A stretch of DNA of 64,000 bases, taken from assembly GCA_963667845.2 (NCBI GenBank), contig CAXXVL010000002.1:3264001-3328000 (forward strand). The letters are read 5' to 3'. The notes under the pieces were generated by a model, which was given only the letters and a program-made list of their open reading frames with translations, did not search any database and had not been told where the DNA came from. This document shows, in pieces, positions 51,189-60,952 of this stretch (the stretch's first letter is position 1; the number at the start of each line of letters is the position of its first letter). The stretch is from Smithellaceae bacterium (GTDB taxonomy: Bacteria; Desulfobacterota; Syntrophia; Syntrophales; Smithellaceae). Made by a program: the position numbers and the translations under genes.

Positions 51189-52739
51189 TTACTTCTCCTT
51201 CGCTGCGGTGCTCCCAGCTAATCTGCCAAACACAATGCAATCAGTCGTTGCGTTGCCCCCCAGCCGGTTTGTTCCATGGACACCCCCGGTTACTTCTCCC
51301 GCAGCATAGAGGCGGGGAATGATTTTCCCATATCGGTCGATAACCTGACCGGTCGTTCCTTTCGTACGGAGTCCGCCCATGGTATGGTGGACACCGGCCT
51401 GGGTGGGGCTTGCCCAGAAGGGCCCTTTTTCTATCGTCTTCAAATTAGTAGCCTTCTTGCCGAATGCTTCATCCTTCCCTTTCTGGACTGATTCATTGTA
51501 ATTGCGCACCGTCGCCAAGAAATCATCTTCAGGAACGGAAAATTTGGTATTCAGGATCTTTGCCAGCTCCTCGAGAGAATCTGCCCGAAAGGCAAGACCG
51601 TCTTTAATGATCTGTTCTGTGATATTCTCATTGAAGCGCTTCTGGCAGCGGTCGTCAGCCACCCAGAGCAGCACTTTTTGGGGTTGTTTCAGAATGGCAT
51701 CGGCAAGGACATCGCGCCGGGAATCCTCTGCCACGAAGCGCTGTCCTTTGGTATTGACGAAAATGGCCGAGTCAATGCCCAGGTTGGCAAGAGAACCATA
51801 TTGCTTTGTGTAAAAGTTGCAGGCGACGAGGAGCTGGATGAAATCCATGCCGATAACGTCGGCTCCTATGTCCTCAGAATAGCTGATCGCTTCACCCGTG
51901 GCCGTCTTGACATTGGTTGTGGGAATATCCTTATCCAGGCGGGGATTATATTTGGAGCGCATGGCCACATCAGCCCCGAATCCGCCTGTTGCCAAGACGA
52001 CGGCCCGTTTCGCTTCAACGTAAATCTTTTTCTTGCGATATTCGGCTTCGATTCCTAGAACATCGCCGCTGATAGGTTTCTGTCGGACAATACCCGTGAG
52101 TGAGCATGTCGTGAGGATGGGGATTTTTCGCTTGTCCACCTGCCCTTTAAGAACTCGCACAATTGACCCGCCCCGTCCTTTATTCGCCGGATCATGGCTA
52201 CGCGGCCAGAGTGCGCCGATAACCGTATAAACCTTCGGTTCAAATTCAACACCCATCTTCTCAAGCCACTGAAGCCCCTCTAAGGCATGTTCCGCTAAGA
52301 AGCGCACCTTTTCTGGATCACCCCGGAAATCACCGCCTTCCAGCGTCTGCTTAAAATGGAGATCAACGGAGTCCTCGATGCCTTGCTTTTTCTGCCGTTG
52401 GGGGTCAACCGCGTTGAGAGCGCCACTGGCAATGACCGAATTGCCGCCGATCACCTGGCTCTTTTCAATGATAATGACGTTCGCCCCGGCGTCATGTGCC
52501 TCGATCGCCGCCGCCAGTCCCGCGAAGCCTGTACCGATTATTACGACATCGGTTTTCTTGTCCCACTTTTTGGGAACTTCGACAGCTCGCAGGGGACGAG
52601 GCAAAAGAAGCCCTCCACCGGCAATCCCAACCGTCACTGCCGCTCCGGCTATAAGCTGTCGGCGGGTCACCCCGCTTGCCCCTCCGTGCAGGTTCTCTTT
52701 CATTACGGGGCTTTCCTGTTCATGGACTTTATCTTTCAT
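51189..52739 (-). CDS. Tat-exported flavocytochrome c family flavoprotein (fumarate/urocanate reductase-like, heme-less)
   Basis: TRRQLI Tat signal, GTGFAGLAAA FAD motif, HHTMGG, HGTNRLGGN; no CxxCH. Confidence 0.9.
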   Translation of the reverse strand: MKDKVHEQESPVMKENLHGGASGVTRRQLIAGAAVTVGIAGGGLLLPRPLRAVEVPKKWDKKTDVVIIGTGFAGLAAAIEAHDAGANVIIIEKSQVIGGNSVIASGALNAVDPQRQKKQGIEDSVDLHFKQTLEGGDFRGDPEKVRFLAEHALEGLQWLEKMGVEFEPKVYTVIGALWPRSHDPANKGRGGSIVRVLKGQVDKRKIPILTTCSLTGIVRQKPISGDVLGIEAEYRKKKIYVEAKRAVVLATGGFGADVAMRSKYNPRLDKDIPTTNVKTATGEAISYSEDIGADVIGMDFIQLLVACNFYTKQYGSLANLGIDSAIFVNTKGQRFVAEDSRRDVLADAILKQPQKVLLWVADDRCQKRFNENITEQIIKDGLAFRADSLEELAKILNTKFSVPEDDFLATVRNYNESVQKGKDEAFGKKATNLKTIEKGPFWASPTQAGVHHTMGGLRTKGTTGQVIDRYGKIIPRLYAAGEVTGGVHGTNRLGGNATTDCIVFGRLAGSTAAKEK

Positions 52740-53064
52740 GGTGTTTCTCCTTTCTTTCCCGTCCGTGTTCGGAACGGGGAAATACGATTCATTGGTTAAT
52801 CATGCAGGTGACAAGAATCAGCTCGGCAGCCATCTTCTTGTCAAGATAAGATCGAGGAGGAGACGTCGAGGGAAGACATTACCCGGCTGTCGGGTGGGAC
52901 GTCATCAGGCGTTACTGTCTTGTGGCAAGTATACGAAGAACGATATTGTTTGTCAACGTCGCAGCACCATAATTATGGATTGAAGTCTTGTATCAACGTA
53001 AAAGAGGCAAGTCTGCGATTTCAGGAAGGAACAAATAAACAATATAGAAGGTCGATTCTCACCT

Positions 53065-54048
53065 TCAAACCAGCATGTATTTTATCTTATTATTTCGGCA
53101 TACGTGACGCACCTTGCCTTTTTCTTCCAGATGTTTGACATGCGCCAGAGCTTCCCCGAAGGCAAACCATTTCTGCGGCAGCGGGAACTCATCCCAGGTC
53201 TTGGCAGTTATGTCCCATTTGATATGAGGGACTATCTGGAGGACATCCTTTTCCCCATCGCCTAAAGCCGTTAAAACTTCGTTCAGCCGGGCATCGTGGT
53301 GCTCCTGCAACTCTTTGACTCTTCCTTGAAGGTCGTGCACCAGGCGGCGATGACCGGTCAGCACCAGTTTCACATCAAGGGCATTGACTTTTTCAAGACT
53401 GGCCAGGTACTGCCCGAGGGCGTCTTTCATCTGCACCCAGTAGGCGATATTGGGCGTTATATCAAATAGAATATGATCACCCGCAACTAGAATTTTATTA
53501 TTTGCTTCATACAGACTCATATGACCCGGCGAATGCCCCGGGGTAGCCACACAGTTAAAGTGAAAGTCACCGATATCTATCGTGTCACCTTCTTTAACAA
53601 TGGTGAAATCAATCTTTTGTCTTAAACCATCCTTATGAGCCGGATGAGTCTTCATGGATGTCTGGGCGCTGTCGGCGGTGAAACCATTGGCGACATAAAT
53701 CTCGACAATTTTTTGCCAGTAGTGATTCCAATTTTCATGGACAGAATTTATTTGCCGTGCTTCTTCCTCGTTGAAGTAGACTTTGGTTCTTTCCCGGGCA
53801 AGTGTGCCGGCAAGTCCTATGTGGTCAACATGCAGGTGAGTGATAAAAATATCAGTCCTATTCAGATCGACGCCTAGCTTCTGCAGGCTGTCGTTCATTG
53901 CTTTCAGACACTCTTCTCGATTAAAGCCGGTGTCAATAATCAGAAACCGGTCACTCCCTTTAACGATATACGAGTTCAGCCATTTCAGTGGACTTCCTCG
54001 CAGGGGAATTTCAGTACGGTAAATGTTGGGAATTATCTCTTCGATCAT
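53065..54048 (-). CDS. MBL-fold metallo-hydrolase with winged-helix-like C-terminus
   Basis: IDTG, THLHVDHIG, TPGHSPGH, GDH, GH, EALAHVKHL. Confidence 0.88.
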   Translation of the reverse strand: MIEEIIPNIYRTEIPLRGSPLKWLNSYIVKGSDRFLIIDTGFNREECLKAMNDSLQKLGVDLNRTDIFITHLHVDHIGLAGTLARERTKVYFNEEEARQINSVHENWNHYWQKIVEIYVANGFTADSAQTSMKTHPAHKDGLRQKIDFTIVKEGDTIDIGDFHFNCVATPGHSPGHMSLYEANNKILVAGDHILFDITPNIAYWVQMKDALGQYLASLEKVNALDVKLVLTGHRRLVHDLQGRVKELQEHHDARLNEVLTALGDGEKDVLQIVPHIKWDITAKTWDEFPLPQKWFAFGEALAHVKHLEEKGKVRHVCRNNKIKYMLV

Positions 54049-54289
54049 GCTTGGTGAAACCTCCACCGATTATTATCGTAAAATAATCAATGCACGCAAT
54101 TCATTCTGTATTCAGATACCCGGAGCAAACAGATTATTTTCTTTATATGCTTCAGATGATGCTCTGTCTTTCTCCATCTGTTATCTCACAATTCAATCTT
54201 AACGTTTGTAATCTTGCATCTTCCGGATCAATACTCGGTCTTTGTTATCCTTCCGACGACAAACATGGTTCCTTTCGCCACGGAATTAA

Positions 54290-54335
54290 CCTCTTCCCTT
54301 TCTCCAGGTAGGACAATAAGGAGAAAGGGAAGAGG
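54290..54335 (-). terminator. 16-bp perfect inverted repeat downstream of thiolase
   Basis: CCTCTTCCCTTTCTCC-N14-GGAGAAAGGGAAGAGG. Confidence 0.6.
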
Positions 54336-54357
54336 CTGTCGGTAGTTTTCGAACTTC

Positions 54358-55575
54358 TTAACGCTGTAAATTCTCAATGACCGTTGCCACGCCCAAACCG
54401 CCGCCGCAGCAGGAACTGAAGCAGCCGTACTTACCGCCTCTGCGGATCAATTCCTTCATCGTAAAGATACAGATACGTGCGCCGGAGGCGCCGTTGGGAT
54501 GACCAAAGGCAATCGCGCCGCCATTGGGATTCCATTTGTCGCTGAAGCAATCCACTTTTACGCCGGTCTGTTTCTCGAGTTCAGCAGCCACGGCCAGATT
54601 CTGCACGGCAAAGGCCTCATTGCATTCCAAAACGTCCATAGCGGAGAGTTTCAGATCGGCGCGCTTCAGAGCCACCGGAACGGCATAAGCGGGACCGATG
54701 CCCATGATTTTGGGATCAACACCATAATCGCCGCCGGCAACCCATCTGGCCATCGGCTTGTAACCTAACTGCTCGGCCTTTTCACGGGTCATCATCAGAA
54801 CAAAAGCGCCGCCGTCATTACGACCGGAAGAATTCCCTGCGGTGACCGTTCCATCTTTAATAAACGCCGGGGGCAGTTTGGACAGTGCTTCCATGGAGGT
54901 CATCCGGGGGTGCTCATCCACTTTGAATTCCAGCGGCGGGTTCTTTTTGCCCTGCGGAACCATGACGGGAATGATTTCGTCCAAGAAATAACCGGCGTCC
55001 GCGGCTTTCTTCGCCAGCACCTGGCTGCGCAGACCGAACTCATCTTGTTTCTCACGCGAAATGTTATAGATCTTCTGCAGCGCCTCCGCCGTGAGTCCCA
55101 TATTCATGGTAGCCGGATCAAAGGTGGGGGAAAGAGACGGCATAATCGGCATCGGAGGAATCATCTTGAAGGGTTCCGTGGACATGGAAAACTTGCAGGT
55201 CATCTGGCTGTAGGACTCCATACCGCCGGCAATCATGATGTCGGCATGACCGCAAAGGATTCTATAAGCTGCATGGTTGATGCAATCGATGGCCGATCCG
55301 CACTGCATTTCAATGTAAGACGCTGACGTGCTCTCCGGAAGACCACTGGCCAGGGTTACCCAACGTGCCAGATTCAGAGCCGAATTGCCGCTGCCGGCCG
55401 ATCCCGCATAAACAGCATCCACAACGCCGCCCTTTTCTAGAATCTTTGTTTTCTCTACGAGGCCCTTCAGCGCAATACCGCCCAACTGTTCAATCGTAAA
55501 GTTCTTCAGGGTCTTGCCTAATGTTCCGAAGGCCGTCCGCGCACCATCAATAAAAACTACTTCTCTTTTACTCAT
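54358..55575 (-). CDS. Thiolase (acetyl-CoA C-acyltransferase)
   Basis: QCGS, GGMES, TAGNSS, NEAFA, NGGAIAFGHP, CCGGG. Confidence 0.93.
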   Translation of the reverse strand: MSKREVVFIDGARTAFGTLGKTLKNFTIEQLGGIALKGLVEKTKILEKGGVVDAVYAGSAGSGNSALNLARWVTLASGLPESTSASYIEMQCGSAIDCINHAAYRILCGHADIMIAGGMESYSQMTCKFSMSTEPFKMIPPMPIMPSLSPTFDPATMNMGLTAEALQKIYNISREKQDEFGLRSQVLAKKAADAGYFLDEIIPVMVPQGKKNPPLEFKVDEHPRMTSMEALSKLPPAFIKDGTVTAGNSSGRNDGGAFVLMMTREKAEQLGYKPMARWVAGGDYGVDPKIMGIGPAYAVPVALKRADLKLSAMDVLECNEAFAVQNLAVAAELEKQTGVKVDCFSDKWNPNGGAIAFGHPNGASGARICIFTMKELIRRGGKYGCFSSCCGGGLGVATVIENLQR

Positions 55576-55638
55576 TGTTCATCTCCTGTTTTCTAATGTA
55601 TTTTTTAAAACCTTATTTTTCAAAATGTTTCTGTAAGG

Positions 55639-56751
55639 TTATCCCAATAATTTTGTCTGAACGCTCTTGAGAATATCCTCCGCCTCTTTGGCAATGGTCT
55701 GGACCAGGTCGTTGACTTTGGGCATATCATTGATACGCTGCGCAGCCTCGCCGGCGGCCATCATTGCCTTTGTCTTGTCTCCTTCATACACGGCTTTGAT
55801 GGATTCAACCTCAAAGTTGATAAGAGACATATCGATCGTTGTGTAATCATCGGGCGTTCCGAGGAAAACGCCGGGCGATTTTTGCAACGTGTTTTTGGCA
55901 TGTTCGTCGCTACGGGGAGTTTTCAGCCAGCGGGCCGGCCCGACAAAACCACGGGCAACAATTGTTCCGCGATCACCGGCGGCAACAACGCCTTCCTTCC
56001 AGATCTGGTGAAAGTCGCTCTCCTGGGTTGCCAGGAAGCGCGTTCCCATCTGAACTCCGTCTGCACCGAGAACCAGGGCCGCGGCAAGTGTTCTGCCGTC
56101 GCAATATCCGCCGGCGCCGCATACGAGCGTCTTTTCGTCCGATACGGCTTCGACCACGGCGGGCAGAAGGATCATGGAGTGGACCGGTTCCCAAGACGTA
56201 TGGAAACCGCCTTCATGACCGGATGCGACGATAACATCAACACCGGCCTTTTTGCAACGCTGCGCGCCTTTGACGGATGGTACAACATGCATCCAGGTGA
56301 AACCGGCGCCCTTGATCTTGTCCTTCCAACCAACCGGGTCACCGGCAGAAGTGAAGATGACTTTGAAGTGTTTCTTCATGTCCGGGTTCTCTTCCCGTAC
56401 CCGGATGGCAGTGTCTATCATGACCAGCGAATGCTGTTTAAGTTCCGCGGACACCATGACGTTTATTCCGAATACGCCTCCTTTGTCTTTGACCAGGCGA
56501 TAGGTGCGCTTCAACAGCTTTTCCAGAACCGTGGCCATATCATCCTCACGTTTCGCTTCTGCCGTCTCCACGAACGCATTGTAAATCCACGGTTGGTCGT
56601 CCTTGTTAAAAAGACCGCTTGTCGAAAGCAATCCCAGAACGCCCGCATTGGCCGCGGCCACACAAAGGTTATTGTTGCTGAACGGTCCCATGCCCGCCTG
56701 GATGATCGGATATTTTGTTCCGAGCAACTCGCACAATCTTGATTTGATCAT
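55639..56751 (-). CDS. Nitronate monooxygenase / FabK-like flavoprotein
   Basis: YPIIQAGMG, GHEGGFH, AGG..DGR, GADGVQMGTRFLATQES. Confidence 0.88.
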   Translation of the reverse strand: MIKSRLCELLGTKYPIIQAGMGPFSNNNLCVAAANAGVLGLLSTSGLFNKDDQPWIYNAFVETAEAKREDDMATVLEKLLKRTYRLVKDKGGVFGINVMVSAELKQHSLVMIDTAIRVREENPDMKKHFKVIFTSAGDPVGWKDKIKGAGFTWMHVVPSVKGAQRCKKAGVDVIVASGHEGGFHTSWEPVHSMILLPAVVEAVSDEKTLVCGAGGYCDGRTLAAALVLGADGVQMGTRFLATQESDFHQIWKEGVVAAGDRGTIVARGFVGPARWLKTPRSDEHAKNTLQKSPGVFLGTPDDYTTIDMSLINFEVESIKAVYEGDKTKAMMAAGEAAQRINDMPKVNDLVQTIAKEAEDILKSVQTKLLG

Positions 56752-57108
56752 AACTATTCTCCTTGTTGTTTATTTTATTTTCTTAATCCGCAATTTCATA
56801 GCATGACTATGATAATACATCAATAAAAAGTGCCCATCATTGATAATATTTAATTATTTAATTATCAACTATCATATTGAGTAAAATACCATAGTAATGC
56901 TATTGGATTGAATATATTATTATAATGAGCGGTAAGATATTTTGAAGCGAGTATACTTCCTGCTGCTTTTTGCCTATTATTGATTTAAGTCTTGCATACA
57001 CAACAAGGTTAATGATCCGTTTCTTTCAGGAAATTGTCCGCAGGCGCGAAAGACTGGGAAACATCAGTTCAGCCTATGCATCGTATTTACTGATCTGGCG
57101 CAATCATG

Positions 57109-57531
57109 AAAAGCGTTCCCATACTCCGTGAGGATGTCGATTTATTAGAGACCCTTCACTTTATCGTTTCCTGCTATGCCGTTCCTGCAGCATGATGGAG
57201 GAATCAAGGCACAATAAAGGATCAGGTTTATGGCGAAACATCCTTCTACAAATGGTGGAAACGTGCCTGTGCCAAATTTGAATATTGAAGGCGTTGATCC
57301 TACGGTGGAACACGACATTCTACTATGCGGGCACTGAGAAAGCATTATTCGCCAGAACAGATTAAAGAAGCTGCAATGAGCAAAACAAACAAAGCCTTTG
57401 AACGGTATCTTGGACAGGCCGAAGACGACGATATTTTGTCAATTTATCGCAAAGGTGCTGAAGTGATACCGATCAAAGAAATTGATACCGGATTGATGCC
57501 ACTTTTTGAAGGGCAAAAAAATACTAAGTAA
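57109..57531 (+). pseudogene. Frameshifted C-terminal remnant of a tyrosine integrase, paralogous to the one at 63187
   Basis: Decodes (with a frameshift) to KSVPILREDVDLLET/FTLSFPAMPFLQH, versus KSVPILPEDVDLLKTFSLSLPAMPFFRH at 63916-63999. Later frames give FYKWWKRAC, YGGTRHS and TNKAFERY. Confidence 0.88.
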
Positions 57532-57551
57532 CCGAAATTACTTAGATTTTT

Positions 57552-57580
57552 TGGTGGGGCGGCGGGAATTGAACCCGCGG
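57552..57580 (-). repeat. Degenerate duplicated 3' end of tmRNA (ssrA)-like RNA; attachment-site core
   Basis: Reverse complement CCGCGGGTTCAATTCCCGCCGCCCCACCA = T-arm GCGGG-TTCAATT-CCCGC + acceptor strand + ACCA, one base shorter than tmRNA-type CGCCTCCACCA. No 5' half present. Confidence 0.75.
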
Positions 57581-57659
57581 CCCGCATCATAACAAAGCGA
57601 TTTCATTGACGCCATAAAGCAGCTGATACCAGCTTGATACAAAAGTCAACATGAAACAG

Positions 57660-57869
57660 TTATTCTTTGTTGATGAGATCGAGAATATCTTTCACCCGCC
57701 AAACTGTTGTCCGCGGACTTAATTTAAAGGGCTTTGGGTAACGTCCACTTTTCACCCCTGCCCACCATGACGATCGTGAAATAGGAATTATTTGGAGTAT
57801 CTGTTTGACCCTTAATAATCCTATTTCTGGAAATTTTTCTATTTCAATAATCTTTGAATCGAATGACAT
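57660..57869 (-). CDS. AlpA-family HTH regulator / probable excisionase
   Basis: LLRVKQIL..IPISRSSWWAGVKSGRYPKPFKLSPRTTVW; adjacent to att. Confidence 0.9.
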   Translation of the reverse strand: MSFDSKIIEIEKFPEIGLLRVKQILQIIPISRSSWWAGVKSGRYPKPFKLSPRTTVWRVKDILDLINKE

Positions 57870-57902
57870 TTATGATTCTCCTAAAAATGATGGTGATTTG
57901 AC

Positions 57903-58883
57903 ATGAAAGCAGAATATTTGACAAGCAAAACTCTCCAAGTTCCGTTTGCTATGGACTCATCAGGAATCTTGACCAAGCCAATTAATGCTAAAAGAGAAGC
58001 AATGTATTTTTGTCCAAATTGTAATGAAAAGGTGATTTTCAGAAAAGGTAATATAAAAATACCCCATTTTGCACACAACAGTAATACTAATTGCACCAAT
58101 GAGACCATTCTACATAGAACAGCAAAAATGCTGGTGATCAATTCAGTTAATGATTTTGTAAACGGTAAAGGACGGCAACCAGAAATAGTCAGAACTTGTT
58201 CGATCTGCTGTGGCAAGCATATACAGAAACTTCCATCAAAAATTACGCATGCAGCTGCAGAAGTAAGGCTTGATACTGGTTTTATTGCTGATGTCGGATT
58301 GTTCGGAATTGATACCGTCGAAGCTGCAATAGAGGTATTTGTGACTCACTTAATGGAAAGCAAGAAGAAAGAAAATTTAGGCTTACCCTTTATAGAAATT
58401 AAAGCAGAAGATTTAATTAATAGCCCGATGCAGTGGACTCCCATTGATGACAATCTAAAGAATGTAATTTGTAGGGAGTGTCATCAAAGATTTTCAGATT
58501 ATTCGGAGTTGATAAAAAAATTATCTGACAAATTTAATCTTAATATCAATATGGGGAAATATGGTTGCGGAGTTACAATCTGCTGGAAATGCAAAAATGA
58601 AATCCCTGTATTTTTAATTGAAGAAGTCAAAGAACATTTCTATCCAAAGACTGTAAAATTTAAATATTCACACACAGTGAGAGAGAGCTGTTTTGCGAAT
58701 ACTTGTCCAGTCTGTCAAAGTCTTCAGGGTGATTTTTATCTGAACGATGAACCGGACGGACCATTTTTTTGTTTGTCCTGTAGAGATGAAAAATCCGTTG
58801 GGAATTTATCAAGGATTCAACTATTAAATTACCATATAGCTAATCAGTTCTATAGAAGGCGACACCCAAATACAATTAGCTGA
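57903..58883 (+). CDS. CoiA-like zinc-finger + PD-(D/E)xK-like nuclease protein
   Basis: YFCPNC..KG.IKIPHFAH...C..ETILH, then E...ADV...AIEVFVTH, plus C-terminal CWKC/NTCPVC..LQGDFY. Confidence 0.75.
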   Translation: MKAEYLTSKTLQVPFAMDSSGILTKPINAKREAMYFCPNCNEKVIFRKGNIKIPHFAHNSNTNCTNETILHRTAKMLVINSVNDFVNGKGRQPEIVRTCSICCGKHIQKLPSKITHAAAEVRLDTGFIADVGLFGIDTVEAAIEVFVTHLMESKKKENLGLPFIEIKAEDLINSPMQWTPIDDNLKNVICRECHQRFSDYSELIKKLSDKFNLNINMGKYGCGVTICWKCKNEIPVFLIEEVKEHFYPKTVKFKYSHTVRESCFANTCPVCQSLQGDFYLNDEPDGPFFCLSCRDEKSVGNLSRIQLLNYHIANQFYRRRHPNTIS

Positions 58884-58996
58884 TGTGCATGGGAATCGAA
58901 TGTTCACACCGATTTGTAAGTAATCTAAACGATTAAATAAATATGATTCTTTTTTTAGGTTGGGCGGGTTTCGGGAGACTTATTATTTTTATAAGC

Positions 58997-59584
58997 TTAA
59001 AGCAACTTCTCAACTATTAGGTGTACTTTTGTACCACAGTTCTTAGGCCATGACTCATTTATATCATCATGACTATATGATCTTTCAATTGCCTTATCTA
59101 ATCCGAGCATTATCATCTCCAAATCATAATTTGATTTGCTATAGCCCCCCATGATTTTTGCTAAAGTTTTTATGCAGTCAGCAGCAGTATAAAATGGTTT
59201 TGGATTACAAAAATGTAAATAAAGCCAAAATTCAAAACAAGGATTACTTACTGCAAGATGATAATTTTTTTTCTTACATTCTGAAAAAATCTGATCAAGA
59301 AGATTATGATCCCATTTATCACGATCTATTATTAACCATAATTCATCATTGTCGTCTAAATCGTGATCTTTATGAAATTGAATAAGACGCATCATTACAG
59401 ATCGAGGATCAGATTTATATTTTATGGGAGGTAATATCTTTATCCTAATAGATTTATCTCGCGCCCCTATAAACTGTTCAAAATATAATGGTTCTGTTTC
59501 GGTTCCTTCTGTTGCGATTACAAAAAGTTTCTTTCTCGTTCTAAAGCCACTTTTCCGAATAGAGGATCGATAAGACTTAGGCAT
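58997..59584 (-). CDS. RloB-family (TOPRIM-like) protein
   Basis: IATEG..TEP.YF, W.IIDRD, SNPCFEFWLYLHF. Confidence 0.88.
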   Translation of the reverse strand: MPKSYRSSIRKSGFRTRKKLFVIATEGTETEPLYFEQFIGARDKSIRIKILPPIKYKSDPRSVMMRLIQFHKDHDLDDNDELWLIIDRDKWDHNLLDQIFSECKKKNYHLAVSNPCFEFWLYLHFCNPKPFYTAADCIKTLAKIMGGYSKSNYDLEMIMLGLDKAIERSYSHDDINESWPKNCGTKVHLIVEKLL

Positions 59585-59587
59585 AAT

Positions 59588-60952
59588 TCAATTGCTTTCA
59601 GTTTGATTTTTTCGATTCAATTGTTCTAGCGTTGATAATCTGCGAATATGGGGAATTCCTCCGAAACGACCGAGTAAATAGCTTTTTAATAAATTTTTAT
59701 CATATCTCACATTTTTGAAATCACTCAGCGATAATAGATCTGTCTCTCCACGTTCATTTCTTTCTAGTATCCACATTTCATCTCTACGCATTAGATCTTG
59801 ATCCATCAATAATAAATCATGTGTTGTAAATATAAGTTGGGAACCTGACTCTCCCTTACAAGTGGAAAGGAAAAACTCAATAAGTCCTCGCGTCAAAAGA
59901 TGATGCATACTTCTATTAATCTCGTCAATCAGATAGACTTTAGGATACTTTTTCGTTGACAGTTCATAGAAAGCAGGAAGCAAATCAATCAACCTTTTTG
60001 TTCCTTGTGATTCTTCACTGGTTTCAAATCTAATTTCCTTTTTTTTATCAGAAGACAGGTGATAGCTAAACAATCTTGATGATATCACATTTCCATCTTT
60101 CAGCTTAAATGCAAATCTGCCTTTATCTGAATTCACTTCAGATATAAATTCGTCTGTCGTCTGTCCTTTTATAAAATTTTTTACGACCTCTGGAATATTG
60201 ATTGAGTCTACCGACAGTTCTTCGCTTTGTATTGAATTAACTCCAGTATCAGCCTCTTGAAGAAGCATATTGCAAAATTTATATACTTCTTCTTCACCCA
60301 AAAATTCCATCCTTCGGGCCACAGTTTCTGGATAAATAATTGTAAGCGTTTTACTGAACCAATCATAGACATCTCTAAAAATATCCATGTTTCTTTGTAT
60401 AGATTCCGTCAAGAAGAGTTGATTAGCTCTAGTTCCTATAGCGTTGAATTCGAGTACTTGAAAATCTTTTGGAGACAACTTGTTTTTAAAAAATGAAAGA
60501 TCAAAGCGATTGATATCTTTTGTTGCTTCATCTCTAAAAAAAAGTTTCTTTTCTGACGTTTTCGTCACAAGATTCAGCCACTCAGAATGAATTTTTTCCT
60601 TGGTAACTGTAAATCCATATGAATAACAATCATTTGTAGTCTTAATTTCAAAAGAAAATTCTGATGGTTTATCCATATATTGATCATCAAGACGGAATGG
60701 TTCCACATCAATTTTATGTTCAGGTTTTGTTCCATTATTTATTAGATTTTTTGCAAAACTTATGGCCTTCAAAAAGTTTGATTTACCAGATGCATTTCCC
60801 CCGTAAATTGCAGAAATTGGAACTATCTTGTATGGCATGCGAGAATCTTTAATTAATCTCTCGCGATGTTGACGTTCTGCTGTCGCGATTGTAGTAAATT
60901 CTATTTTATTACTGAAGGATAAATAATTCTTAACGCAAAATTTAATAAGCAT
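59588..60952 (-). CDS. RloA/AbiLi-like AAA (ABC-type) ATPase
   Basis: NYLSF, YGGNASGKSN, ESQGT, IDE, QLIFTTHD, RRDEMW, YLLGRFGGIP. Confidence 0.9.
   Translation of the reverse strand: MLIKFCVKNYLSFSNKIEFTTIATAERQHRERLIKDSRMPYKIVPISAIYGGNASGKSNFLKAISFAKNLINNGTKPEHKIDVEPFRLDDQYMDKPSEFSFEIKTTNDCYSYGFTVTKEKIHSEWLNLVTKTSEKKLFFRDEATKDINRFDLSFFKNKLSPKDFQVLEFNAIGTRANQLFLTESIQRNMDIFRDVYDWFSKTLTIIYPETVARRMEFLGEEEVYKFCNMLLQEADTGVNSIQSEELSVDSINIPEVVKNFIKGQTTDEFISEVNSDKGRFAFKLKDGNVISSRLFSYHLSSDKKKEIRFETSEESQGTKRLIDLLPAFYELSTKKYPKVYLIDEINRSMHHLLTRGLIEFFLSTCKGESGSQLIFTTHDLLLMDQDLMRRDEMWILERNERGETDLLSLSDFKNVRYDKNLLKSYLLGRFGGIPHIRRLSTLEQLNRKNQTESN

Noticed and set aside
56840..56868. TTGATAAT-N13-ATTATCAA inverted repeat as a Fur box
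   Set aside because: Spacing does not fit a Fur box, and such repeats arise easily in very AT-rich DNA.
57552..57580. A functional tRNA or tmRNA gene
   Set aside because: Only the T-arm and a shortened acceptor strand are present; treated as an att duplication.
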